Of a stretch of DNA of 59,666 nucleotides, positions 46,882 to 56,824 are shown one piece after another; position 1 is the stretch's first letter, and each line of letters starts with the position of its first letter. The translations under genes were made by a program, and so were the position numbers. The stretch lies in assembly GCA_033854515.1 (NCBI GenBank), contig JAWOJY010000110.1, positions 1-59,666 of the forward strand, read 5' to 3'. The stretch is from Nitrospirota bacterium (GTDB lineage Bacteria > Nitrospirota > UBA9217). The notes beneath the pieces were generated by a model, which was not told where the DNA came from, searched no databases, and was given only the letters and a program-made list of their open reading frames with translations.

Positions 46882-47655
46882 GTGAGTATTCATCCGACAG
46901 CGATAGTGCATCCAAAGGCCAGGATCGCCGAAGGCGTGGAAATCGGGCCCTATGCGGTCATCGGTGAGCACGTGAGCATAGGCAAGGATACGAAGATAGA
47001 GGCCCATGTGCTGATTGAGGGGTGGACCACGATCGGTGAGAGAAATCATATCCTTTCTTTTTCCGCAATCGGGACTCCGCCGCAGGATATCGGCTACAAG
47101 GACGAAGAAACCTATCTGATCATCGGCAACGATAACGTGATCAGGGAATGCGCAACGATCCACCGCGCCACGACGAAAGAGGACAGGAAGACCGTGATCG
47201 GCGACAGGAACTTTCTCATGGCCTACTCCCACGTCGCCCATGACTGCAAACTCGGGGACTACATCATCATGGCCAATTCCGTCGCGCTCGGCGGGCATAT
47301 CATCATCGGAAACAATGCCATTCTCGGCGGCATCGTGTGTGTTCATCAGTTCGTACGCATCGGGGCCTATTCCATAATCGGCGGGGGGTCCGCAGTCAGC
47401 CAGGACATCCCGCCCTATGTGAGCGCCGCCGGCAACAGGGCAAAACTGTACGGGTTAAATCTCGTGGGGTTGAAACGACGGGGATTCAGCGATGACGCCA
47501 TCGGCACGCTCAGGAAGGCGTACAAGATCATATTCCGGTCGGGACTGATTCAGGAAGACGCTTTAAAGAAGGCGCTTGAGGAGTTTCCTGATTCATCGGA
47601 AGTCAGAAATCTCGTGGAATTTGTCCGCTCTTCGAAACGGGGTGTAACGAGGTAA
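46882..47655 (+). CDS. lpxA: Acyl-ACP--UDP-N-acetylglucosamine acyltransferase
   Basis: IHPTAIV, PQD, HVAHDC, HQF, DIPPY and GLNLVGLKRRGF motifs. Confidence 0.96.
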   Translation: MSIHPTAIVHPKARIAEGVEIGPYAVIGEHVSIGKDTKIEAHVLIEGWTTIGERNHILSFSAIGTPPQDIGYKDEETYLIIGNDNVIRECATIHRATTKEDRKTVIGDRNFLMAYSHVAHDCKLGDYIIMANSVALGGHIIIGNNAILGGIVCVHQFVRIGAYSIIGGGSAVSQDIPPYVSAAGNRAKLYGLNLVGLKRRGFSDDAIGTLRKAYKIIFRSGLIQEDALKKALEEFPDSSEVRNLVEFVRSSKRGVTR

Positions 47656-47689
47656 CCGTCAGGAACCGGAAGTAAGATTATTCGGAAGT

Positions 47690-48505
47690 ATGGAAAAAAT
47701 CGGCATCATAGCCGGAAACGGAAATTTTCCGGTCGAATTCGCCCGGGCCGCCAAACAGAAAGGCTTGAAGGTAATAGCGGTAGCTCACGAAGGCGAGACC
47801 GTACCCGAGCTTGCACAGTGGGTAGACGGGATCTTCTGGATCAAAGTGGGCCAGCTCGGAAAACTCATCAAGATATTCAAAGAGCATGACGTGCATGACG
47901 TGCTCATGGCGGGAGGCATCAAGAAAACACGCATGTTCGGCGGCGCCATGCCCGACCTCAGGGGAATTGCGCTCCTCGCCAGGATAATTCACAAAAAGGA
48001 CGACGCCATACTCCGTGCGGTGGCAGAGGAACTTGAATCCGAGGGTATCGCTGTCAGGGAGTCGACGCTCTATCTCGACAATATTGTGGCCCGTCCGGGT
48101 GTCCTCACGAAAAGAAAGCCTACCAGGGACGAGCAGAGGGACATCGAGTTCGGCTGGCAGATGGCAAAAGAGACCGGGAGACTGGATATCGGGCAGACCG
48201 TTGTCGTGAAAGACGGGGCCGTGCTCGCAGTCGAGGCCATAGAGGGTACGGATGAGACCATCCGGCGCGGCGGCCTGCTCTGCAGGCAAGGCGCAGTGAT
48301 TGTCAAGGTTTGCAAACCGCAGCAGGACCTGAGATTCGACCTTCCGGCCGTGGGTGCGCAAACCATAAGAACCATGGCACAAGTAAAGGCTTCCTGCCTC
48401 GCTGTGGAAGCAGGAAAGACCATCATCTTCGACAGAGAGGTCGTAGTCGCAGAGGCGGACCGGGCGGGAATCACGATTGTCGCCGTTCAAAATCCGCGCG
48501 CATAG
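47690..48505 (+). CDS. lpxI: UDP-2,3-diacylglucosamine diphosphatase LpxI
   Basis: IGIIAGNG.FP, DIGQTVVV, AVEAIEGTD and QD.RFDLPAVG motifs. Confidence 0.92.
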   Translation: MEKIGIIAGNGNFPVEFARAAKQKGLKVIAVAHEGETVPELAQWVDGIFWIKVGQLGKLIKIFKEHDVHDVLMAGGIKKTRMFGGAMPDLRGIALLARIIHKKDDAILRAVAEELESEGIAVRESTLYLDNIVARPGVLTKRKPTRDEQRDIEFGWQMAKETGRLDIGQTVVVKDGAVLAVEAIEGTDETIRRGGLLCRQGAVIVKVCKPQQDLRFDLPAVGAQTIRTMAQVKASCLAVEAGKTIIFDREVVVAEADRAGITIVAVQNPRA

Positions 48506-48520
48506 GATCAGGTTGGCTTT

Positions 48521-49468
48521 ATGAAAAAAATCAGGGTCGGAGTCGTCGGTGTCGGCTATCTGGGCCGGTTTCATGCCGAAAAATATGCGGCTCTTGCTGA
48601 CGCGGAACTCGTCGGGATCGTAGATACGGATTTTGCTAGGGCGGCACAGGTCGCGGACAGGCTGAACACAAGAACATACTCGGACCCCGCGCAGCTGTTC
48701 GGAAAGGTGGACGCCGTAAGCGTTGTTGTCCCTACGGCGATGCACCACAGGGTGGCGAAGCAGTTTATGGACCGGGGAATCCATGTTCTGCTCGAAAAGC
48801 CCATGACCGAGACACTGGAGCAGGCTGATGAACTCATCGGGCTTGCGACGCGGCACGGCCTAGTCCTCCAGGTCGGTCATATCGAACGGTTCAACCCCGC
48901 GGTCACGACGGTCAAATCCCTGATCAAATCCCCCCGGTACATCATGGCGGAAAGGGCCGCTCCATTTACCGTGCGCTGTACTGACGTGAACGTGATACTT
49001 GATCTGATGATTCACGATCTCGATATCGTGACGGACCTTGCCGGGTCCGAGCCCAGGGAAGTGAGCGCCGCCGGCACGGCTGTCATCACGAATGAGATCG
49101 ATATCGCGACAGCCAGGATAATTTTTCAGAACGGCTGCATTGCGGATGTGACTGCCAGCAGGGTATCGAACGAAAAGAAGCGTCTGCTTCGTGTTTTCGA
49201 CGGCGACAACCTCTATACAGCCGACTATCAGAACCAAAAGGCCGCAGTTTCACACAGAGGCGGCAATCCCGTGTCTGAGTTTGTCACGACCGATATTTCG
49301 ACGGACAGAAACGATACACTGGCCGAAGAAATTCGAACATTTGTCGAGAGCGTAAGGAACAAAAAGCAGCCTTTGGTATCGGGGGCCGAGGGCCGGAGGG
49401 CTTTGGCCCTGGCGTTGAAAATTACCGACACCTTGAAAAAAGGGATTGCCGGTTTTGTCCTGGTGTGA
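48521..49468 (+). CDS. gnnA: Gfo/Idh/MocA oxidoreductase, GnnA-like UDP-GlcNAc 3-dehydrogenase
   Basis: GVGYLGRFHA, EKP, GHIERFNPA, DLMIHDLD; located between lpxA/lpxI and lpxB. Confidence 0.75.
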   Translation: MKKIRVGVVGVGYLGRFHAEKYAALADAELVGIVDTDFARAAQVADRLNTRTYSDPAQLFGKVDAVSVVVPTAMHHRVAKQFMDRGIHVLLEKPMTETLEQADELIGLATRHGLVLQVGHIERFNPAVTTVKSLIKSPRYIMAERAAPFTVRCTDVNVILDLMIHDLDIVTDLAGSEPREVSAAGTAVITNEIDIATARIIFQNGCIADVTASRVSNEKKRLLRVFDGDNLYTADYQNQKAAVSHRGGNPVSEFVTTDISTDRNDTLAEEIRTFVESVRNKKQPLVSGAEGRRALALALKITDTLKKGIAGFVLV

Positions 49469-49565
49469 TAAAAGCTTGAAATCCGGATGTCCTAAAAAAC
49501 CGCATGCCCTCCATGGCCACAGTCGACGTCGAGACCCACAAAGGACGCTCGGGGCCTTATTAAAG

Positions 49566-49591
49566 GCCTGCAAGCCTGCAAGCTGACAAGC
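49566..49591. repeat. Three 8-mer tandem units GCCTGCAA GCCTGCAA GCTGACAA
   Basis: Directly visible in the gnnA-gnnB gap. Confidence 0.6.
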
Positions 49592-49663
49592 AATGTGAAG
49601 CACCTCTGCGGTAAATTCCCCTGCCGTTGAGGTTCGAATATTTTAAAGGAGTTTCTCAAAAGT

Positions 49664-50770
49664 ATGACGATACCCATGGTCGATCTCAAGGCCCAGTACG
49701 AGGCCATCAAGGATGAGATAAACGACGTTGTTCTCGGAGTTATCCAGAGCACGCATTTTATCCTCGGCCCCCAGGGGAAAGCTCTTGAAGAGGAGGTTGC
49801 AGCTTATCATGGAGTAAAGCATGCCGTTGCCGTCGCCTCGGGAACCGACGCCCTTCATCTTGCGCTGCGGGCGGCCGGCATCCGGCGCGGCGACGAGGTG
49901 ATCACCACGCCCTTCACGTTCATCGCCACTGCCGAGGCCATCTCCTATATCGGCGCCCTGCCCGTGTTCGTGGACATTCGGCCCGATACATTCAATATCG
50001 ATATTTCGAAAATCGAGGCGGCAATAACAAAGAAAACCAGAGCGATCATCCCCGTGCACCTCTACGGCCATCCCGCGGACCTGGACGGGCTCATGCAGAC
50101 AGCAAAAAAGCACGGACTTAAAGTGATAGAGGATTGTGCCCAGTCATTCGGCGCCGAGTATAAGGGTAAAAAGGCCGGTTCATTCGGAGACATGGGCTGC
50201 TTCAGCTTCTTCCCGAGCAAGAACCTGGGCGCCTACGGCGACGGCGGCATGATCATCACCGATGACGCGAAACTGGCGGAAGAGGCGCTCAGCCTGAGGA
50301 ACCACGGCAGCAAGGTGCGCTATTACCATGATGAAATAGGGTTCAACAGCAGGTTGGACGAGATCCAGGCCGCGATTCTAAGGATCAAATTCAGACATAT
50401 CGACGAATACAATGCAAAACGCAGAAACAATGCGCTGCTGTATAATAAATACCTTTCGGTCCAGGGTATCCAGACACCGTCGGAGCAGAACGGCGCCAGA
50501 CATGTATTCCACCAGTACACGATCAGGATCAAGAACAGGGATAGGGATAAGGTAAAACAGGCGCTTGACGCGGAAAAGGCAACGTCATCCATGATTTATT
50601 ACCCCGTTCCGCTGCATCTCCAGGCTGCGTACAAAGACCTCGGCATGAAGCCGGGGAGCCTGCCCGCGACCGAGCAGGCGGCGCGGGAAGTGCTGTCGTT
50701 GCCCATGTACCCCGAACTAAGCGAGGAACAGATCAAGGTAGTGACCGAGGCAGTTAAAAAAGCGTTGTAA
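49664..50770 (+). CDS. gnnB: DegT/DnrJ-family aminotransferase, GnnB-like
   Basis: SGTDAL, VHLYG, EDCAQ, FSFFPSKNLGAYGDGG and NSRLDEIQAA; follows the gnnA-like gene and precedes lpxB. Confidence 0.75.
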   Translation: MTIPMVDLKAQYEAIKDEINDVVLGVIQSTHFILGPQGKALEEEVAAYHGVKHAVAVASGTDALHLALRAAGIRRGDEVITTPFTFIATAEAISYIGALPVFVDIRPDTFNIDISKIEAAITKKTRAIIPVHLYGHPADLDGLMQTAKKHGLKVIEDCAQSFGAEYKGKKAGSFGDMGCFSFFPSKNLGAYGDGGMIITDDAKLAEEALSLRNHGSKVRYYHDEIGFNSRLDEIQAAILRIKFRHIDEYNAKRRNNALLYNKYLSVQGIQTPSEQNGARHVFHQYTIRIKNRDRDKVKQALDAEKATSSMIYYPVPLHLQAAYKDLGMKPGSLPATEQAAREVLSLPMYPELSEEQIKVVTEAVKKAL

Positions 50771-50803
50771 ATTTAAAACTTAAAATTTAAAGTTCAAAAT
50801 GCA
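50769..50803. repeat. Five 7-mer units filling the gnnB-lpxB gap
   Basis: AAATTTA AAACTTA AAATTTA AAGTTCA AAATGCA. Confidence 0.75.
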
Positions 50804-50806
50804 GGA

Positions 50807-51949
50807 ATGAAAAAGATCATGATCATCGCCGGCGAGGCTTCCGGCGACCTTCACGGCTCCAACCTGGTACGGGAGGTCAGAAAGCTGGATGCCTCCATCG
50901 CCTTCTACGGCGTAGGCAGCAGGCGAATGGCCGAAGCCGGCGTGCGGATGCTCGCCGATGCATCGGAGATATCGGTGGTCGGGGCCACGGAAGTCCTTAC
51001 CCACATCCGTGAAATCTACAGGGTCTATTCCGGTCTCAAGAGCTTCTTGAAAAATGAACGGCCCGACCTGCTGGTGCTGATCGACTTCCCGGATTTTAAC
51101 ATCATGATCGGCGCCTACGCGAAAAAGCTCGGCATCCCTGTCCTCTACTACATAAGCCCTCAGGTCTGGGCCTGGCGCAGGGGCAGGATCAAAAAAATCG
51201 CCCGGCTGGTGAAGGCCATGATCGTGGTCTTCCCCTTTGAAGTCGAACTCTACAAAAAAGCCGGAGTAGACGTACGTTTTGTTGGCCATCCGCTGACCGA
51301 TGTGGTAAAATCCGGGTACACTCAGGCCGAGGCGAGGTCGCACTTTGGCCTTGTCCCCGAGGCGCGCACCATTGCGCTTCTGCCGGGAAGCAGGAAAAAG
51401 GAGATTACGAACCTTCTACCCGACATGCTCGAGGCGGCCGGACTGCTCAAGAAAAAATTCCCCGACCTTCAGTTTATCCTGCCGGTTGCCCCCACGCTCA
51501 GGCAGGATCTTATCCGGGAGTATGTGGACAAAGCCGGCGTACCGGTACAGATAGTAGACGGAAGGGTGTACGATGCGCTTCGGGCGTCCGACGCGGCCAT
51601 TGTGACTTCGGGTACGGCCACGCTCGAGACGGGGCTTATGGCGGTGCCCATGGTAATTGTCTATCGGATGTCCGGTCTCTCCTATCTTATTGCCCGGCTG
51701 ATCATCAACGTACGGCACGTGGGGCTGGTGAATATCGTTGCAGACAATCGGGTGGTCCCTGAACTGCTACAGGAGGATGCAACGCCGACAAACATTGCAC
51801 ATGCACTCTCCGGCATGTTGAGTGATCCGGCGTACTTTAGCCGTGTACGGGACGATCTCGGCAGGATACGGACCCGGCTGGGTGAATCAGGAGCCTCGGC
51901 GAGGGCCGCTGCAGTGGTCCTGGAATTCGTGAGTCTAACCCGAACATAA
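50807..51949 (+). CDS. lpxB: Lipid-A-disaccharide synthase
   Basis: AGEASGD, IDFPDFN, SPQVWAWR, FVGHPL, LPGSR and SGTATLE motifs. Confidence 0.96.
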   Translation: MKKIMIIAGEASGDLHGSNLVREVRKLDASIAFYGVGSRRMAEAGVRMLADASEISVVGATEVLTHIREIYRVYSGLKSFLKNERPDLLVLIDFPDFNIMIGAYAKKLGIPVLYYISPQVWAWRRGRIKKIARLVKAMIVVFPFEVELYKKAGVDVRFVGHPLTDVVKSGYTQAEARSHFGLVPEARTIALLPGSRKKEITNLLPDMLEAAGLLKKKFPDLQFILPVAPTLRQDLIREYVDKAGVPVQIVDGRVYDALRASDAAIVTSGTATLETGLMAVPMVIVYRMSGLSYLIARLIINVRHVGLVNIVADNRVVPELLQEDATPTNIAHALSGMLSDPAYFSRVRDDLGRIRTRLGESGASARAAAVVLEFVSLTRT

Positions 51950-51956
51950 CAGGCAT

Positions 51957-53696
51957 ATGGAAATCTACAGAAGACTTTTAACCTATCTCAAACCGTACAA
52001 GATGCGGCTCATATGGGCTGCAGTCTTTATGGGGCTCACAAGCGGCTTCATCTCACTTCAGGCCTATCTCGTAAAGCCGGTTCTGGACAGTGTTTTTTTG
52101 AGCAAGAGCACAAAGTTCCTGGTCCTCTTGCCGCCTGCGCTCCTGGTCGTGGTCATCTTCAAGGGCGCTGCGGCATACGTCCGCGATTACCTCATGGGCT
52201 ATGTCGGCCAGCGGATCGTGAACGATATTCGCGACCAGCTCTATCGTCATATCACCTCCCTTTCATTTTCATTTTTCGCCCGGACGGCCACGGGCGTTCT
52301 CATATCCCGGATCATGAATGACGTAAACCTCGTCCAGGGAGCGCTGACGAGAGCGCCTTCGAGCCTCGTGCAGGGGATATTCACCATGGCGGCGCTTACT
52401 GTGTACGTCATCTACCTGAACTGGCAACTGTCGCTCTTCTCCTTGGTAGTCCTGCCGCTTTTGGGTATCGCTCTCTCCAAATTCAGCAGGCGATTCAGGA
52501 GGGTGAGTACGCAGATGCAGGAACAATATGGCGGTCTTACCACACACCTTCACGAGACCATAGTGGGGATTCGCATCGTGAAGGCCTTTGGCGCGGAATC
52601 GTACGAGAGCCGAAGATTTGCTGACCGGAACAGAGGGCTCTTCAACTCTCTGATGCGGTCAATCAAGACGAGTTCGATCTCTCAGCCGATCATGGAAGTC
52701 ATCACGACTTTCGCAGTCTGCCTCGTCATTCTGGTCGGGGGCTACTGGATCATCAGGGGAAGGATGACCGTGGGAGAGTTTTTTTCTTTTTTGACGGCCC
52801 TCTATTTCCTCTATCGGCCGATTAAAGATCTAAACACGGTGAACAATATCGTACAGGACGGCGTTGCCGCGGCCAAGCGTATTTTTGAGGTGCTGGATAC
52901 CGAGCCGGAGATCAAGGACCGTCCCGGGGCCATCATGGCGCCACGGGATTTCAGGGAAATAGAGTTCAGCAATGTATCATTTCGGTACGACGATGCGCTT
53001 GTGCTGAAAGACGTCAACCTCAGGGTGCAGGCGGGGGAGACACTTGCGATCGTGGGCAAAAGCGGAGGAGGAAAGACGACGCTCGTTAATCTCATCCCCC
53101 GGTTTTATGACGTCTCCGAAGGGGCTCTTCTCATCGGCGATTATGATGTCCGCAACGTCACCCAGGAATCTCTTCGGTCTCTCGTGGCAATCGTCACCCA
53201 ACAGACGATCCTGTTCAACGAGTCGGTGAAGAGCAACATTGCCTATGGCAATACGTTGAGTTCTTTCGATGACGTGGTGCAGGCGGCGAAAGCGGCCCAC
53301 GCCCACGACTTCATCAGTGCATTGCCGCACGGATACGATACGGTGATCGGCGAAGCAGGAGTGAAGCTTTCGGGCGGACAGCGCCAAAGGATTGCTATTG
53401 CGCGCGCTCTCTTAAAAAACGCACCGATACTGATTCTCGACGAGGCCACGTCGTCGCTCGACACCGAGTCAGAGCGCGAGGTGCAGAAGGCCCTTGACTC
53501 GCTCATGAGGGGCAGGACGAGCTTCATCATCGCTCATCGGCTCTCCACAATCGTAAGCGCGGACCGGATCATTGTGCTCAAGGAGGGCAGGATAGTCGAA
53601 CAGGGCAGACACGCGGACCTTCTGGCATTCGGCGGGGAATATAAGAACCTGCACGACCAGCAATTCAGGGACGAGCACCCGGCAAGGATGTTATAA
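51957..53696 (+). CDS. msbA: Lipid A export ABC transporter MsbA
   Basis: Six-TM domain plus NBD (GKSGGGKTT, LSGGQRQR, DEATSSLD); lpx context. Confidence 0.88.
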   Translation: MEIYRRLLTYLKPYKMRLIWAAVFMGLTSGFISLQAYLVKPVLDSVFLSKSTKFLVLLPPALLVVVIFKGAAAYVRDYLMGYVGQRIVNDIRDQLYRHITSLSFSFFARTATGVLISRIMNDVNLVQGALTRAPSSLVQGIFTMAALTVYVIYLNWQLSLFSLVVLPLLGIALSKFSRRFRRVSTQMQEQYGGLTTHLHETIVGIRIVKAFGAESYESRRFADRNRGLFNSLMRSIKTSSISQPIMEVITTFAVCLVILVGGYWIIRGRMTVGEFFSFLTALYFLYRPIKDLNTVNNIVQDGVAAAKRIFEVLDTEPEIKDRPGAIMAPRDFREIEFSNVSFRYDDALVLKDVNLRVQAGETLAIVGKSGGGKTTLVNLIPRFYDVSEGALLIGDYDVRNVTQESLRSLVAIVTQQTILFNESVKSNIAYGNTLSSFDDVVQAAKAAHAHDFISALPHGYDTVIGEAGVKLSGGQRQRIAIARALLKNAPILILDEATSSLDTESEREVQKALDSLMRGRTSFIIAHRLSTIVSADRIIVLKEGRIVEQGRHADLLAFGGEYKNLHDQQFRDEHPARML

Positions 53697-54352
53697 TGTT
53701 CAGGGCAAAGGTGTTGCCATTCATCGTCTGGCTTGTCATCTCGCTCTGGAGCAGGACGGTAAGGATCAGTTTCGTTAACCGGGACGTTCCCGAACGATTC
53801 AAGGCCGAGGGAAGGAATTTCATTTATGCCTTTTGGCACGGAAGGCAGTTCCTGTTGCTCCAGAGCCACAGCAACGTCGGGATCATCATCCCCGCCAGCG
53901 AAAGCCGGGACGGTGAAATTCAGGCCGGTATCCTCAGAAGATTCGGGTTTGACGTTGTGCGGGGCTCGAGCAAACGAAAGGGGGATCGCGCACTGCTGGG
54001 GCTCGTTTCCGGCATGAGAAAGGGCAAAACCGTCGCCATCTCCGTCGACGGGCCGCGCGGGCCCGTGTACGAGGTGAAGCAGGGTGTCACCTACCTCGCC
54101 GGGAAGCTGAGCAAGCCCATTGTGCCGGTGGTAATGAGCGCACGGCGCCGCTGGATAATGGAAAAGATATGGGACAAATCCATGCTCCCGGCACCGTTTA
54201 CGCGGGGTGTGGTCATGTACGGAGATCCGATCACTGTCGACGGCATCGACGAGTCAGAACTCGAGGAAAAACGCCTGGAGCTGCAGACCGCCTTGAACGA
54301 ACTCACGGAGAAGGCAGACTCCTATTTCCAAAAGTCCGGACCGTTAAAATGA
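53696..54352 (+). CDS. DUF374 acyltransferase-family protein (LpxJ-like late acyltransferase candidate)
   Basis: FWHG, S.S.DGE, VRGSS, DGPRGP and WD..MLPAPF motifs. Confidence 0.82.
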   Translation: MFRAKVLPFIVWLVISLWSRTVRISFVNRDVPERFKAEGRNFIYAFWHGRQFLLLQSHSNVGIIIPASESRDGEIQAGILRRFGFDVVRGSSKRKGDRALLGLVSGMRKGKTVAISVDGPRGPVYEVKQGVTYLAGKLSKPIVPVVMSARRRWIMEKIWDKSMLPAPFTRGVVMYGDPITVDGIDESELEEKRLELQTALNELTEKADSYFQKSGPLK

Positions 54353-54357
54353 CACCT

Positions 54358-54395
54358 CTGCGCGATGGCCCGGCAACCCGGGGCTCATCGCACAG
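54358..54395. repeat. REP-like GC-rich hairpin between DUF374 and waaA
   Basis: CTGCGCGATG-GCCCGG...CCGGGGC-T-CATCGCACAG imperfect stem. Confidence 0.55.
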
Positions 54396-54420
54396 TCGTC
54401 TTGGCACGGAGAAAAAGCGC

Positions 54421-55683
54421 ATGTACATCTTCTACAACATGATACTCGTTGTCGCCACGCTCGCTTTGTTTCCCTACATTCTCTTCAAGCTGGTGACGGT
54501 GCCGAAATATCGTGGCGGAATTTCCCAGAAACTTGGTCGTCTTCGAAAAGGCGTGATGAAGGTGATAAAGGGTTCCAGACCCATCTGGGTGCATGCGGTC
54601 TCTGTAGGCGAGGTAATGGCGGCACATCCTCTTATTCGCGAGTTGAGGAAAAAGTATCCCGGCAGGAAAGTGATACTTTCAACAGTGACGGTCACCGGCA
54701 ACTATACCGCTCGCCAGAGGGTGCCTGAAGCCGATGCGGTATTCTACTTCCCCTTTGATTACCCCTGGGTTGTCCGGAGGGTCATCAGGGGTATCAACCC
54801 GGCAATCGTGCTTGTTGCGGAAACTGAGCTTTGGCCCAACTTTTTCCGGGAATTGAAGAGAGTCGGCATCCCTTCAGCGTTGATCAACGGTCGAATATCG
54901 CCTCATTCCTACGGCAATTATCTGAAGTTCAAACGGTTTTTTACACAGGTTTTTGATAACGTAACGCTGTTTTGCATGCAGTCGGAGGAGGACGCGGAGC
55001 GAATCAGGGATATCGGGGCTGCTCCCGGCAAAGTAATGGTCACCGGCAATCTTAAATTCGACCAGAAGATACCCGCCATGCAGCCGAATCCCGTGAGGAT
55101 ACCGCCGGGATGCAAGGTAATCACTGCCGGAAGCACGCACCGGGGAGAGGAAGCCGCCTTGCTCGAGGTGTTTTCACGGTTGAGGGAGAAGTATCCCAAG
55201 CTCCTGCTCATTATTGCGCCGCGACATCCAGAACGGTTCGATGAAGTATCGGGCCTCATCAACAGGTCCGGGTTTGACTGCAAGCGAAGGACGCGCCTCA
55301 AAGGAGACATCAAGGACGTGCTTCTTCTTGACACCATAGGAGAGCTCAAGGCATTCTACGGTGTCTGCGACATAGCTTTCGTGGGCGGAAGTCTCGTAAA
55401 GGTCGGAGGCCACAATCTTTTGGAACCTGCGGCTATGAAAAAACCTGTAATATTCAGCCGTTATATGTTTAACTTTAAAGAAATATCCGAAGCTCTGATT
55501 TCTGCAGGCGGCGGAATTATGGTGAAAGATAAAGAAGAGCTTTACGTTCAGATAGATAAACTTTTGTCCGATCAGGATTATACCAAACGCACGGGAGCTC
55601 TTGCTTTCAAGGTTATAGAAAATAATTCAGGAGCTGCCAAAAAGACTATCGATTCCATAGGCAGGTTGATAGTTGATAAGTAA
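54421..55683 (+). CDS. waaA: Kdo transferase
   Basis: WVHAVSVGE, ETELWPN, GNLKFD, GSTH.GEE, APRHPER and GGHNLLEPA motifs. Confidence 0.95.
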   Translation: MYIFYNMILVVATLALFPYILFKLVTVPKYRGGISQKLGRLRKGVMKVIKGSRPIWVHAVSVGEVMAAHPLIRELRKKYPGRKVILSTVTVTGNYTARQRVPEADAVFYFPFDYPWVVRRVIRGINPAIVLVAETELWPNFFRELKRVGIPSALINGRISPHSYGNYLKFKRFFTQVFDNVTLFCMQSEEDAERIRDIGAAPGKVMVTGNLKFDQKIPAMQPNPVRIPPGCKVITAGSTHRGEEAALLEVFSRLREKYPKLLLIIAPRHPERFDEVSGLINRSGFDCKRRTRLKGDIKDVLLLDTIGELKAFYGVCDIAFVGGSLVKVGGHNLLEPAAMKKPVIFSRYMFNFKEISEALISAGGGIMVKDKEELYVQIDKLLSDQDYTKRTGALAFKVIENNSGAAKKTIDSIGRLIVDK

Positions 55684-56755
55684 GGCCCACATAGAAGACC
55701 TCATGTACGGAAGAAAAAAAGCTCTCCTCTGCGGAGGGCTCTTATTTTTCATTTCTATCCTCTACGGTTATGCCGTAAAGCTGCGAAACGCGCTCTATGC
55801 GCTCAGGCTCTTGAGAGGAAAGAGACTCCCGGTAAAGGTAATATCCGTCGGGAACATCACGCTCGGGGGAACGGGCAAGACCCCGGCGGTAATACAGATC
55901 GCAGGACTTTTACGCGCTCATAACAGACGTCCAGTCGTCATCAGCAGGGGGTACGGCAGGCAAGACGAATCCAGGGTCACGATCGTATCGGACGGCCGCG
56001 GTTCTTTGACAGGTCCCATTGCAGGCGGCGATGAACCCGTGCTGATCGGCGCGAAACTTTCGGGCGTGCCAGTGGTCGCGGGTAGCGACAGGCACGGGGC
56101 CGGCATGTACGCCGTAAGCAAGTTTCATCCCGACGTCGTGGTGCTCGACGATGGGTTCCAGCACAGGCGTTTACAGAGGGACATGGACATCGTACTCGTG
56201 GATGCGACCGATCCTTTCGGGAAGGGGAAATTGTTTCCCGCCGGTATATTGCGGGAGCCTCTAGCCGCCCTCAAACGGTCGCACCTCGTGCTCATAACCG
56301 GAGTTGACAGGGCGGAGAACACGGCTGCGCTTAAGGCCCTGCTGGAACAGAAAACAGGGGCGCGGGTTTTTACGTCATACTTCAGTCCTGAGGACCTCGT
56401 CGATACCGGGATGGGAGAATCAAGACCGCTTTCCTCTCTTCGCGGTACGACAGTTCTCGCTTTTTCAGGCATTGCGCGGCCGGCTTCTTTTACCGCCCTT
56501 CTCAGGTCGCTCGGCGCCGATGTAGCGAGCGAGCTTGTCTACCCGGACCATTATATTTATCGGAGATCGGACCTGGCCGCAATATTTCAGCGCGCGGGAG
56601 ACATCAAGGCTGCCCTGATCGTCACCACTGAAAAAGACGCGGTGAAGTTAAAAACGTTCAAACCCGACGGTATCTGGGCACTGAGAATAGATCTCAGGGT
56701 GAATGAGGAACAGGAATGGGAGAGAATGATTTTGGGCAAAGAGCAGAGAGCATAG
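55673..56755 (+). CDS. lpxK: Tetraacyldisaccharide 4'-kinase (TTG 55673 or ATG 55703 start)
   Basis: VGNITLGGTGKTP, SRGYG, GDEP, DDGFQH, PAGILRE and TTEKDAVK motifs. Confidence 0.95.
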   Translation: MISKAHIEDLMYGRKKALLCGGLLFFISILYGYAVKLRNALYALRLLRGKRLPVKVISVGNITLGGTGKTPAVIQIAGLLRAHNRRPVVISRGYGRQDESRVTIVSDGRGSLTGPIAGGDEPVLIGAKLSGVPVVAGSDRHGAGMYAVSKFHPDVVVLDDGFQHRRLQRDMDIVLVDATDPFGKGKLFPAGILREPLAALKRSHLVLITGVDRAENTAALKALLEQKTGARVFTSYFSPEDLVDTGMGESRPLSSLRGTTVLAFSGIARPASFTALLRSLGADVASELVYPDHYIYRRSDLAAIFQRAGDIKAALIVTTEKDAVKLKTFKPDGIWALRIDLRVNEEQEWERMILGKEQRA

Positions 56756-56808
56756 GGCAGAGCGCGAAAAAAATGAATTGTCAGCTCCATGTCCTCTGCG
56801 CTCAGCTC
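56734..56808. repeat. 7-mer inverted repeat element overlapping the lpxK stop
   Basis: GGGCAAA GAGCAGA GAGCATA GGGCAGA GCGCGAA ... TCAGCTC CATGTCC TCTGCGC TCAGCTC. Confidence 0.75.
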
Positions 56809-56824
56809 CAAAAACGGATGCATC

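Noticed and set aside
47678-48856. 392-aa minus-strand ORF
   Set aside because: Antisense to lpxI and gnnA, no motifs
54169-54420. N-terminal extension of WaaA in the ORF track
   Set aside because: It overlaps the DUF374 gene and an intergenic hairpin; WaaA homology starts at ATG 54421
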